From: Utricularia gibba
Lineage: Eukaryota; Plantae; Magnoliophyta
Assembly (NCBI GenBank): GCA_002189035.1
Contig: NEEC01000007.1
Coordinates: 806,001-870,000, forward strand
Direction of reading: 5' to 3'
Length of the DNA: 64,000 bases
Shown here: one piece after another, positions 25,171-37,102 of the stretch
Layout of the letters: every line of letters begins with the position of its first letter
Position numbering within the stretch: the stretch's first letter is position 1
Made by a program: the position numbers and the translations under genes
Notes under the pieces: model-generated
Seen by the model: only the letters and a program-made list of their open reading frames with translations
Database searches by the model: none
Told to the model about the DNA's origin: nothing

Positions 25171-27187
25171 ATGGGAGATCTGTTGAAAAACTCTCTGTTC
25201 TTTTCGGATCATCATCTTTGTCATGCGGATATTCTCACGGCGTCGCAGGTTCTTTTAGCGTTTCATTATTCTTGATTACATGAATATTCTGATGGAGACT
25301 GCGATAATCTAACATTACTCTGGTTTTAGTTGTAACTTCAGGCCAGAGCTCGAATCGAAGCGGCGGTAGTTAATTTCCTGAAAATTTTGTGTTCGGAGAC
25401 TCCATCAGTATCAGATCTTCCGTTGGTTTGTAAAATCTTTTTGAGATTCTTGGTGAAGTTCTGTTTCAGTTTTGCTTAGTACCAGATCTTCCGTAGTTCG
25501 ACAGGATTTTCTGAATTTGTTTATGAATCTTGTGTGATGGATTAGTTATTTTCTGATCAAGTTTTTAATCCGCATATAGATCATTAGGAAAACGAGCAAT
25601 AGCCGAGTGAGACGAGGACTGCTATCTGAGAGCACTAGAATTTTCCTATCGCATTCCTTCTGTGCACGATCATTGATGAATGATTCCAGCGCTGCAGCAT
25701 TCGTTAGAGGTATTAGACCCGTTTCCTTTTGCATTGGAATCAATGCGTCTTGAGTTAACTATGTATTGACTTGTCACGCAGTCTGGAAGGTGATGGAAGT
25801 GTGCTACCAGATTTTGGTTCAAGAAAAGAGAGTAACTCAAAGGGAGTTATTCTACAAATTGATTTGCGCTATGCCTAGTTACTTTAAGTCTCAATCGCAG
25901 GTCAATCAGAGTATCCAAGGTTCACAGATTCACCTACATGTTATCTGATATAATATTGCCTTGTTGTTTTGTACACATCTGAATTTCTGACTCAACTGTC
26001 TGCGGGAAAGATTTGGTGGCACTGCTGCGGTGCAGCCGGTACAGTCTTGGAGTTATGGCATCCAGCAGAGGAGCAGTTGGTGGTCGTCTATATTTGCAGG
26101 CATGTAGTGGAAACTTGATATTATGGTGAAGAAAATGCCCTCCATGTGATGCTTCTGGCCTAATTTAGGAGCCGAATAAAGTTGTTGATTGCTCCGTTTG
26201 TGGATCGTCGGGTACCCAATCTCAGGAGACTTGAGGTTGATTGAGAACTTGGTCTTCAAGAGTGACGCTAGATACATCATTGTTCTGGAGAAGGTATTTG
26301 ATACTTGCTCTACTTCCCTGCATCCTGATTTTGCATAAATGAGAAGTTGGCTTGTTAATGCAACACAGTACTTATATACATATATTTCCACAGCATGCTA
26401 TATTTCAGAGACTTGCCGAGGATTGCTTCTTCAATCAAATTCCTTGTATTCTCATCACTGCCAAAGGATATCCAGATATTAGCACCAGGTCATTTTTATT
26501 GGAATTTCAGAAGCAGTATTGTTAATAAAAGAAACATAGTCCTAGAATTTCTATGCAGAATGCTGCTTCACAGATTGAGTCGGGAGTTCCCTGAAATGCC
26601 GATTCTGGGACTAGTTGATTGGTAAGGATGGGGGATTACACTGATTTGGATAACCCATCAAATACTTTGGCTCTTTACTTTGAAGGAACCCAGCTGGATT
26701 GGGGATACTTTGCACCTTCAAGTTTGGAAGCATTTCAATGGGCCTCGAAGCATATCGATATGGTGTCGTTCATCATTCCCTCTTGTAGCTACTCTTTGGA
26801 TTTTTGACTCCGTTGAAGACGAACCCTGTTCCCTGCTTCAGCGTGCAATGTGAAATGGATCGGGTTGCGCAAGGATGATATACAGCAGCTTATACCAGAA
26901 GAAGCTACCATTCCCATGAAGCCACGAGACCATCAGATTGCCAAAAGCTTGCTGTCTTCTGAAATCTTGCCAGTAAAAACATCTCCGATGCTTTAACAGC
27001 GCCATATTCATACATGTAGTTGAATCATGACGAAGGTTATATTTTTGTACAGGATAATTACAAGGAAGAGGTGGGAGCCATGGTTCAAAGTGGGCGTAGG
27101 GCAGAGATCGAAGCTCTTTACTGCCATGGCTATGATTTCTTGGCCAAATATATTGGGAAAAAGATTGTGCAGGCAGATTACATATGA
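25171..27187 (+). CDS. SPO11-2: Meiotic recombination protein SPO11-2 (topoisomerase VI A family), multi-exon; apparent 1-nt deletion at 26210-26212; GC-AG intron 26100-26168
   Basis: FFSDHHLCHADIL, ARARIEAAV, VWKVME..TQRELFYKL (catalytic Tyr), DARYIIVLEK|HAIFQRL, TAKGYPD, LVDW|NPAG and the C-terminus EIEALY..KKIVQADYI. Confidence 0.95.
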
Positions 27188-27436
27188 ATTATAACCACCT
27201 CCTTGAAAATATAGGAAGGAATGAGCAATTTGCATTCCAAGTAAAATAATGTATATAGCTCTTGAGGCATTGCTCACTCTGCAGTCAAGGGTAACTGTTC
27301 GCTGATGGGTGAAAGAAAAAAGGAAAGGAAAATTGATGGATAGAGTATGGCGAACGTGCCCCACGAGCTTATGGGGTTGTAAAAAGCGCTTCCCAGCAAA
27401 CCGTACTCAGTCCGACGAAGTTAAAGACTGGCGGCT

Positions 27437-28724
27437 ATGGCAGCTTCTTCGGTCTTCTCCGCCTCGCTGCTGCCGGAGAAGTTTCACCCTAAGCAAATTC
27501 CACCTCGGATGAACGCTCCATGCGTCAAGCGCTTCGGTCTTACCTCGATTGGAGTCACCGGAAAGCCGTCTTCTCCTTGTTTTCCCGGAGTAGCGGCGGC
27601 GGTGAGCTCCAACGCCGTTGAGGCAGAGCCAATTTCGGTTCCAAGAGCTTCGTCTAAGGCTCTGCCGTTTCGCATCGGCCACGGCTTCGATTTGCACCGG
27701 CTGGAACCGGGATATCCCCTCATCATCGGTGGGATAAACATTCCGCATGATCGAGGCTGCGAAGCTCACTCGGACGGTAATTTTTCTGCTACTGTATGAA
27801 TTTGATCTTTCATTGTTGGACTTCGCCGACGCTGATTCTGAATTAACTGTTTATCTGATTGTGTGCTAGTTTGGATTCCTTTTTGTATGCGTAGGGATTT
27901 TTCTAGAGTAAGATTATGTTCCGTGAATCTAACTTTGATGGCATGATTCTGTTTTTTCCCCCTCGCCAATGAAGCTATTTCATGGCATAATCTGAATGAA
28001 AACAACTCAAAAGTGTCTGGTAGAACAAACTCTACCTACACTGAAACATGGAAGTTTTACCACAGGGTATTGCATTGTTGGGAAACTCAGAAATGTGCTT
28101 GTCTACGATTTTTCGATATTGATATGATCTAAATGGACTGCAGGTGACGTCTTGCTGCACTGTGTCGTAGACGCTATATTAGGCGCATTGGGGCTGCCTG
28201 ACATCGGACAGATCTTCCCAGACACGGACCCTAAATGGAAGGGAGCTCCATCGTCAGTTTTCATTGAAGAAGCTGTGAGCTTAGCTTTCTTAGCCTTTAG
28301 GCATATATCTGAAAATATTCCGTATGAGTTACCCCTGAATCATGAAAATAGTTTCTCATAATGCTACAGCCACTTTCTGTTCTATCCTTACCATGCCATC
28401 ATATTGAATAAGTTTCTTAGGACATGGTTGCAAGCTTTTTCCCTGTGTACAGTGCGGCATAATTCATTTTGTCTTCTCTGATGGCATCAGGTTCGGTTGA
28501 TGGAAGAGGCAGGGTACGAGCTGGGGAACTTAGATGCCACGCTGATTCTACAAAGGCCAAAGCTCAGCCCACACAAAGAAGCCATCAGGTCGAACTTATG
28601 CAAGCTACTGGGAGCCCATCCTTCTGTGGTAAACCTCAAAGCCAAGACTCATGAGAAAGTCGACAGCCTCGGAGAGAACAGGAGCATAGCTGCTCACACC
28701 GTCGTTCTCCTTATGAAGAAGTGA
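27437..28724 (+). CDS. ISPF: 2-C-methyl-D-erythritol 2,4-cyclodiphosphate synthase, chloroplastic (MEP pathway); 3 exons
   Basis: Transit peptide, then [37 protein letters not shown] and [27 protein letters not shown]. The frame is intact. Confidence 0.97.
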
Positions 28725-30005
28725 GACGCAGCGATTCTTCCGTACTGTCTTCTTTCTGGATCATGATCAGTTTCTGTTATAGCCCTCCTGTTAAGGCCAA
28801 AACTAGCTTAGGGATGATTCTCTCTCAAAAAAGTGTATTATTACCTCGGAGGATAACGCTAAAACATACAGGTCTTTTGTTTTTTTCGATTAACCTGCAA
28901 ATAATTAGACCAAATTAGTGCCTTTTTTCGGGTGGTCCAGTTCAGGCTCGTTGACTTGCCCCTACGTCTCTTTACCAGCGACCGCCCTCAAGAGCACTGA
29001 CGCATTCTTAGACGACTGGTCAGGCATATTCACAGGATCCAGGCTACGCGTTTGAAACGTAATCCGCGCTTTCTACGAATACCCACAAAGACTAGTCGTA
29101 TATGATCGTTCATCTCCGAGTCGGTCAAACTGTTTCTGGGTTCTTACCCAGTTCGTCGTGCGAAAATAGAACCCTAATTTCATCCCCCAAATCTATAACA
29201 CAAGTAAAAAGACGAGACTCGATCCGCACAGCAAGACAGAGCGAGTGCTAAATGTCTCCACTCGGCAGGAACGGGTTCTGAGCTATTCGTGTGGCCGACG
29301 GAACGGGACCGGACTCCAAATCTTGTAGGATTCTGTCATAATGGATAGTGGTTGAATTAATTAATAATTTGGTCAAAGTGTTTTATTAGCCTCAATCCCA
29401 TCGTGCGCGAACATCCGCACATGATTTCACGACTTGGATGTGTTCCAGCTTAACTTAGCGCCCAATTAAGCAGAGATTAGGAGTAATCACATGTGCAGGC
29501 AGGCAAATTATAAATACTAGTCAAAGTTCATCAAGGATCACTCCCCTGTATCCACTTGCAGAATAATAATAACATTGGATTTGACCCTCTTTTTGTATGT
29601 TTTTGATCGGGGGAGACAGCACGATGGATCATTCCTAGCCTCATTTAGTGATTAAACTGGTATTCTCGTCTTTGCTTTTGTGTGGAGTTAACAAAAAACT
29701 ACAAAGTTTGGGAATCCTAACTTATTGAAATTCATGATTTAATGGTTTTAATAATTATAAATATACAAGAAACGTAAATCATATTAAAAAATTTTAAAAC
29801 ATCCAATAAATACGAATTACATAAAAAACACTTATTATTATTATTTGTATTATTCACAAAAGTATTCTATTACACAAGCAACAACAAGAACGGTAAATAC
29901 AAATGCATCCATACACCAAAAGCTAGACATGATTCTGTCCCCTGATTTACACAACACTTTATTTTACAGGAAAACTTGAAAGCGCTCACGAACGTTGAAT
30001 CGGAA

Positions 30006-30591
30006 TCACATGATGTTGCAGCTGGTGGTGTCATCCATGGTGTTGTAGCGCGGATAGTACTGAGGGAGGTAGGAAGGGTTGTAGAAGGGGTCGCTGTTGA
30101 GTTTCCAAATCCGTGCATTATGCTCCATCCCAAGTCTACCGATATCACCCTCACCGGACTTGTACGCGCCGCCTGCTCCTACCCTGTCCCAGTCCTTTGC
30201 CGGCCCGACGCTGACTATCTCCGGCCGCCAAGAGTTTTTCAGTCTGGCCACGATGTCAACCGCATCGACATCTCCCACCACGATTAATTTTTTTGCCCTC
30301 GGATCCATAGATACAGACTCTATCCCTAGTACACAAAAAACGAAGTTGTCATCTCCCCCAGTTTCCCAATACAGGAAATATATTAAAAGAGAGTACTAGT
30401 TTATTAAAAAATGTGTGCAGATTGAGTTCTAACCTTGTAGGCTTGAGACCGCCTTCATGGCTTTCTGCGTCTGTTTGGAACCGTTGATGTCCAATTTGAT
30501 GACCACCTTCTGCAAGACCCTCCAAAATGAACCAACAAAAAAAAAAGAAAATCTGTATCTGACAGGGCAGCAGGATTTTCACCTTCATCAT
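30006..30591 (-). CDS. HIPP: Heavy-metal-associated isoprenylated plant protein (HIPP39-like); 3 exons
   Basis: MMK|KVVIKLDINGSKQTQKAMKAVSSLQG|IESVSMD..KKLIVVGDVDAVDIVARL..EIVSVGPAK, a Pro/Tyr-rich tail and the C-terminal CaaX motif CNIM. Confidence 0.88.
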
Positions 30592-32792
30592 CTTGAGACC
30601 CTAAGGAAGGAAGCCTGCAAGAACTTGAGGTTGAATGGAAGAGAATGAAAAGTGCAAGGATTCTGGGGCTGATGCTGAGTGCTTATATAGCAGAAATTTG
30701 ATTGGTATCCAATCTGGTTGCAGTCATATTCTGGTCAATACTTGCCCTAGCCCTAGCCCTATTTTTTTTATCAGATAAACATTGAAACTATATAAGAATA
30801 ATTAATCTAGAGGTCAACTGAAAGGAAAGAGAACACTACTCTCAGCCTCTGCTCTTACAGCAAAATGTCATGAACTTGGACTTTTTAAAAAGGATTGCAA
30901 TTTTAGTACAATTCAATGCGATAACCAGGTTTATGTTATAACTAACAACTATGCAGCATATAAATTGATACAGTGCTCATGTTTTCAAATTGGAGTTCAA
31001 AATAAGATCAGTATGAAGCCAGTTCAATTTAAAACCCAGTGATCAAATCGAATTTGACCGGTCAAACAATAATTTATTCAAAATAAGTTATAGTGTTTAA
31101 AAAATTCTTTTGGAAAAAAAAGTATATTAAATACTACTAAAATATCAACATCAAAGACTAATAGCATAATATTGCATGGGTTTAATAGTGCATGGATTGT
31201 GTATTTCTATTAGCAAAAGCATAAGGATCAAAGTATTGTTTTTAGCAGTCGGAAGAGTATTTTGTTTGCTAACGGTCATAAAGCTACTTAATTAATGGAA
31301 AGACGACCAGCCTCTCGATCTTGTTTGACAAATGCATAGAGGTTATCCGTTCATAATATTAGAACAATTACACATGAGAACTTTAAATTAAAATAATCAA
31401 ATATATAAAAAATCATAAATCATTAGTAATCGATTAAATCTAATCTTTTTTATGTGATTTATATTTCTTATATACTTGAATTAACGTCTATTCATTCAAT
31501 CTATTGATTTTTTAATTTCAAATCATAAATGTCCAAATTAAGACATACACGAGTAGGAATTTGTGTGGATGATTGAAGTACACAACACCTGTACGAATTC
31601 TTACTTCTTTAAGGAGTGGTTCAAACAACCCTACCACCCTTGTGATTTTTAAAATCGTGATCGCTACCATCACTCCTATCCTCGGGAGCAAGTGCTAGTG
31701 CTATAGCGGAAAATCACTTCAACATTCTCTATACCTAAAAGTGCAACACACATTCTAAAATGCATGCGCAAATCAATTAATGGAATTCCGCTCTTTGTTG
31801 TGATTTTCTAAAATGGATAACACAAATGTTGGCATAAGGATAACAAGTTGCCTTTGCTGTGATCATCTTAAAGTGTAGTTTTTTTTCTATTGCAAGTATA
31901 CCCTATGATCGATTAACAACTTCTATTCGATGTCGAAATATCGATGAAAAAAAGTTTATACCCGGAATAAATAAAGTAAAGTGCATCAAACATGAAGGTG
32001 GATTGTAGCTTTTCGCTCTTTTTCCTCCATGGTTATGATTATCAGAAGCTAAAAAAGTACTGTTCTTGAGTTCAGTTCATGAAGCAAGGAAGCACTTTGC
32101 ATGTGACTCTTCCTAGAGTAAAAAAGAAGAGAATGCAATGGGACATAACATAGAAACCCGATAGATTTGCACGTGGATGAGGATACAGACACCACTTGGA
32201 CAGAACAAGAAAAAGATGCTCGTTCTGATGAGAGGAAACAGGGAAACTTTTGCGGAATGCAGTTCTTTATATTTTATAATCAATGCGTAAAATAAAGATA
32301 ATGTACTCAATTTATAAGCTAAACCTAACTGAAGAAAAGATACCCGGAAACTCATCTATAATTGAAGAGTGTTCAATTATCAGCATTCAATCATTCCATA
32401 TTATAAACTTAATTATGTGAACAATTTATTTTTTATTTTTTACCTATAGACGATCTACACCCAAAATTTTCCATGCTTTTCATCAATGAATAGTAAAAAT
32501 TTCTAGTCTAATGATGAATTTTGATGTCTGAGCTATTTCTTAGTAAGCAGATTTAATAACTGTGAGTTCCTTGAAATCTGATTATGGAGAACGTGGGGAG
32601 GGTCCTGACACCACACTTTTTGTTTTATACCTTGTACGGAAGTTCCTTCCTTGAATCCTACGTACTTTATGCCTAGTGTCTTCATCTAGAAGATCTACAC
32701 GTTTATGTCTCTATATAGAGCGGCATGGCCAACTCCCGTTGGAGGAGCAAACAAAAAAAAAAAAAAAAAGAAACAAAACTATTGGTCCAAAT

Positions 32793-34368
32793 ATGTCTCG
32801 AGAGTTGAAGGTGGAGGATGAGGCAACGACGAAGCGAGTCCTGATGGAGTGCGCAAGGGAAGGCAATATCGATAAACTGTACGAGACGTTGGTGAAGGCT
32901 CCTTCTATAATGTCCCAGTTCGATAAAGGAGTAGTTCTGGAGAGCCCTCTCCATCTTGCGGTCTCGTTTGGTCACAAAAAGTTAGCATTGGAGATAATGA
33001 ACATGGCTCCTGCGCTTTGCAGGACACTGGATTCATTTGGGGAATCTCCTCTCCATCGAGCGGTTCTGAAAGGGAACATTGACATTGCGGAGAGCATGGT
33101 GAAATTCGACAGGGAGCTGATTCGAGTCAAGGGAAAACATGGAATGACGCCTCTACACACTGCTGCTAAGTACGCTGCCCTGGATTTCTTAGCCTTGTTT
33201 CTGAAACACTTCCCAAAGCCATCCAGGATGTCGACTACAATGGCCAGAACGTTTTTCATATTATTCTGGAAAAAAAGTACATTAAGGCATTCCCTCTGGT
33301 GTACAACTTTGTCATCCGGACAAACCAACTAGAGGTTCTCGGAGAAAAGGATGACGATGGGAATTCTCCTCTTCATATTGCTGTTAAAAACAATAACTAT
33401 GAGGTTTGATCCGATTTAAAGCTTTCTCATGGTTTATATCATCCTTTCTGGATTTGTTTTTGACATTATCATATGGTTACTGATCGTATTTCTGTATTTT
33501 GTAGGCGGTAGTTCTTCTAGTAACCCATGGGAAGGTAGAGATGAACATAAGGAACAATAAAGATAAAACCCCTTATGACATTTCCATGCAGAATGGCAAG
33601 CCGGAAAATGATGGCATTTCTGCATTTCTACTGAAGTCACGAGCATTGGGATCAAAAGATTTGCCACCAAAAGAATTATCGATCAAAAACTTGGCGGAGC
33701 AAGTAACCCTACCAGAGTTCGCTTTCAAGTGTTACTTCACGACGATGAATCAGCTATCCAATGAAATGCGTGAGACCATCTTGATCATCGCCGTTCTCAT
33801 CACCACCGCCACTTACCAGGGCGTACTCCAGCCCCCAGGCGGCGTCTACGACTCGGGGTCTGAAGCCCCACCCTCTGGCCCGGCGCCGGCGCCCGCCCCG
33901 GCTATGGCCAAGCTCTCTAGGCGACTCCTGTTGGGCGCGCACCACGCCGCCGGCGAAATGGTTATGTCCAAAAGTGATTATGACCGGTTCGTGCCGACCA
34001 ACACATTGGCCTTCGTGCTATCCATGGTTATAATCATTTGCATGCTTCAAGGCAGGATGTACACCTTCATTCTTCATCTCTGCCTGGTATGCATGGTGCT
34101 CAGTTACGTCTTCGCATTGAACACCGTCTCGAGCAGGAGTTCCGGTGATCTTTACATGTTTGCCGCCTATATTTCTATCGGCATGGCCGTCTTGGCGTTC
34201 ATCCTCAAGTTACTTCACTTCTTTTTACGCTCTTTCCTTGAAGACATTTGGTGGTTTCCTAGAGGAAGCGCTATTCTCTTTAACACCCTTCCCATAATCC
34301 CCGGAGGTTGGAAATTTCTGGAGCTCGTCCGCCGTCTCCGCCGTCTGCATAAACATCTGTCTAGATGA
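32793..34368 (+). CDS. Ankyrin-repeat transmembrane protein with PGG domain (BDA1/ACD6-like); one intron (about 33404-33505); apparent 1-nt deletion at 33212-33217
   Basis: Ankyrin repeats SPLHLAV, SPLHRAV, TPLHTAA and SPLHIAV; IAVLITTATYQGVLQPPGG; several hydrophobic helices. The frame is restored by FP(K)AIQDVDYNGQNVFH. Confidence 0.88.
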
Positions 34369-37035
34369 TTTCAGGCAACCTGTTTGTTTGAGTGTGTTGT
34401 GTTTCTTCTTTTAAATCCCTGTGTTGTTGTCTGTCATACCTTGGAAGCAAGGTATCAACAACACTTATTTGATTATATAAAATAAAATATATTATTTTTA
34501 TGACAGATTTTTACATTATTAAACCCTAAATCTTAAACCTTAAAGTAAAATGAGTAGTATGGAATAAAATTTAAATTCATTTATATAAAAATAATGCCCA
34601 ATTTTTGTTAGCCTCACTTGCGGCAACATAAGTTCATTTGATTTTGGCCACGTGCAAGCTGACTCATCCCCATAATCTGACAAGCGACGGAATGGCTGAT
34701 CGTGGCTCGGATTTGGGCCGCGCGGAATGGGCCCAATTTACGATTGGGATTTTATGTAGAGTACACGGCTTTTAAAAACAAAAAAAAAAAAAAAATCAAT
34801 TCAAATTGATTTTAATAGAATTAAAAATTTTGATAATGATATTCTATGCAGCATATCAAGCAGATTATTCTATGTTAAATCAATTAATAATAATACATAA
34901 TTAATTATATTATTTTAATTTTTTATCTGAGATTATTTCCTCTAGTACACGTTATCAAGTCAAATTGGATTTGATCTGATGAAGATTTATTTTTTTATTA
35001 GTACATCAATCATATATCGATTTAATTTTTTTATCGTCTAAAACCAAAACATCTTCTATATTCAACTCTATTTTTTTTTTTTGCTCGATAGATAACATTC
35101 TATACTTGGATCAAAATAGTTACAAAATATATCTTGTGGCGAATATTCGAGGGGTGAATTAATTAGTGATAATCTTGGGTTAATCACCGGGCTAAACGTA
35201 TTAATTCAATTGTTGGGGATGGACCATATAACATAACCACCACCAAACCAATAGGGTGGTGTGCGGGGTAACATTATAATTAATCCAATGGTACTACTAA
35301 CTAATGAATGCGTGTCTCCCCAGTTGTTGAGATTTCCCCTACGCTCCCAAATATTCTCCCCATTCGACATTTCGCAATCCATCTTCAATGCGCCCTCCCG
35401 GGGAAAAAAGGGCATTTCCCAGATGACATTTGCGCTGCGTAACAAACTCTATCGCCGGGGGAAACAACCGGAGCCCGTGGCGGCGGAATACGGAGGAGGA
35501 CCACGGAGGAGACGGGAGGGGAGGGAAGATAAACGTGGTGTTACTGTTGACGCTGATCATGACGGATGAGGGAAGAGTCATCATCGGGACATTGAGACAC
35601 CAACGAACTGAAACCGGCAGAAACCAGTAGCTTAACGCCAAGGATTTGCGGTTAAGTAGCACTTTCAGAGGATTAATGAGGGATCGCCATTCGCTTCTAA
35701 CCCCAATTCATTAGCGTTAAACGTCGATTACATTCCCACTGGATGAATGGGACGCCCATGTTTCCACCAATAAACAAATCTTTTCACAGGGATTAAAAAA
35801 TAGCAAGGGGCCTCTCTCTCTACTTGCAAACTGGATATACAACTTTTAATGGAGAGAAGTCGCACCAAACAGTGGTTATGATGTTTTACATCTGATTATT
35901 TTACTAGATGGGTTGATTTTTTTTCACTAAGTTAATGTTTGGTAGTTCGGTTTATGTTGAAATTAAGTATTTGATGAATTGAACGAATACATATGAAGTT
36001 TAAGTATATAAAAATATGAATTACATTAAAAAAAATTAAATTCAATCGATTATTAGTGATTTATAATTTTTTTATATATTTGACTATTTAAATTTCATTT
36101 CCTAATTAAGTATTGTTTGTTTTAATACTCATTCTCAAATCGAACTAGTGTATGCAATCCATTTTTTTTAACCAGATTTCATACCAATATGAAAATCATC
36201 TTGACCATCCAAGTTGTGTCACAAATCAAATGTTTTGATATCACGTTAAAATTAAAAATTTGATAGATCGAACGAATATATATCAAGTTCAAATACATAA
36301 TAAATATAAATAATATTAAAAAAATTATATTTTTTGAATTATTAATGATTTATAATGGTTGATACAATTAAATCGTAGGTTCAAAAAAAAAAAATGAAAC
36401 ACATACTTCCAAAAGTTAACCTAATTATTTTGAATTTTAATTTGCTACCAAACGCCCCTTGAAGTTTTCCAAGGTGAATCATGTAATTTTTTTTTTTTTA
36501 CATCATTGAGGCACGTTGCATGAGGGTAGCTACATGGGTTACTATTTAATTAGGTGTAAGGAAAAATGAATATTTGGACAAACCTAGTAAGTAGCCACAT
36601 GGCACGTACTCATCATAGCTACGGGTCCAATTGTTATATATGTGCATGTAATAAATACATGCCAAAAGGGATGTGAACAAACTCAAGTGCCGACATGAGG
36701 CTTTTCCTTAATGTGATCTTGTAAAAATGGATTATGAACATGGAGGATGTAAGGATACTTGGAAAAGGTGAGACTTTCGGGTCGAAATCAATAATATTCT
36801 TTCGTCGTGTTCAATCCATTCATCGATTTAACACTTATTAATAACTCAATCAAATGAAAAGTATCTGGAACCGCGAAATGGAAACCACCCAGAAAAATAT
36901 GGATATAGAGATTTGAAGTAACATTAAAAAAATCATGAATTAAAATGCATGAGAAAAAAAAAAAGAAGTACAAATGACAAGGGTTTTGTTGTACATCAAA
37001 ACCGACATCCTAAGTTCACTAATCTCTAAGGTATA

Positions 37036-37059
37036 CCCCCCCCCCCCCCCCCCCCCCCC
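37036..37059. repeat. C24 homopolymer (G24 on the BEL1 mRNA strand)
   Basis: 24 consecutive C, 43 nt downstream of the BEL1 stop codon. Confidence 0.9.
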
Positions 37060-37102
37060 AATGTAGCCAACTGTGCCTTCGCCGGAGAAAACCGCCGCCG
37101 TG

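Noticed and set aside
28919-29338. GC-richer, solo-LTR-like block downstream of ISPF
   Set aside because: The flanks do not form a TSD and no partner copy is seen in the window.
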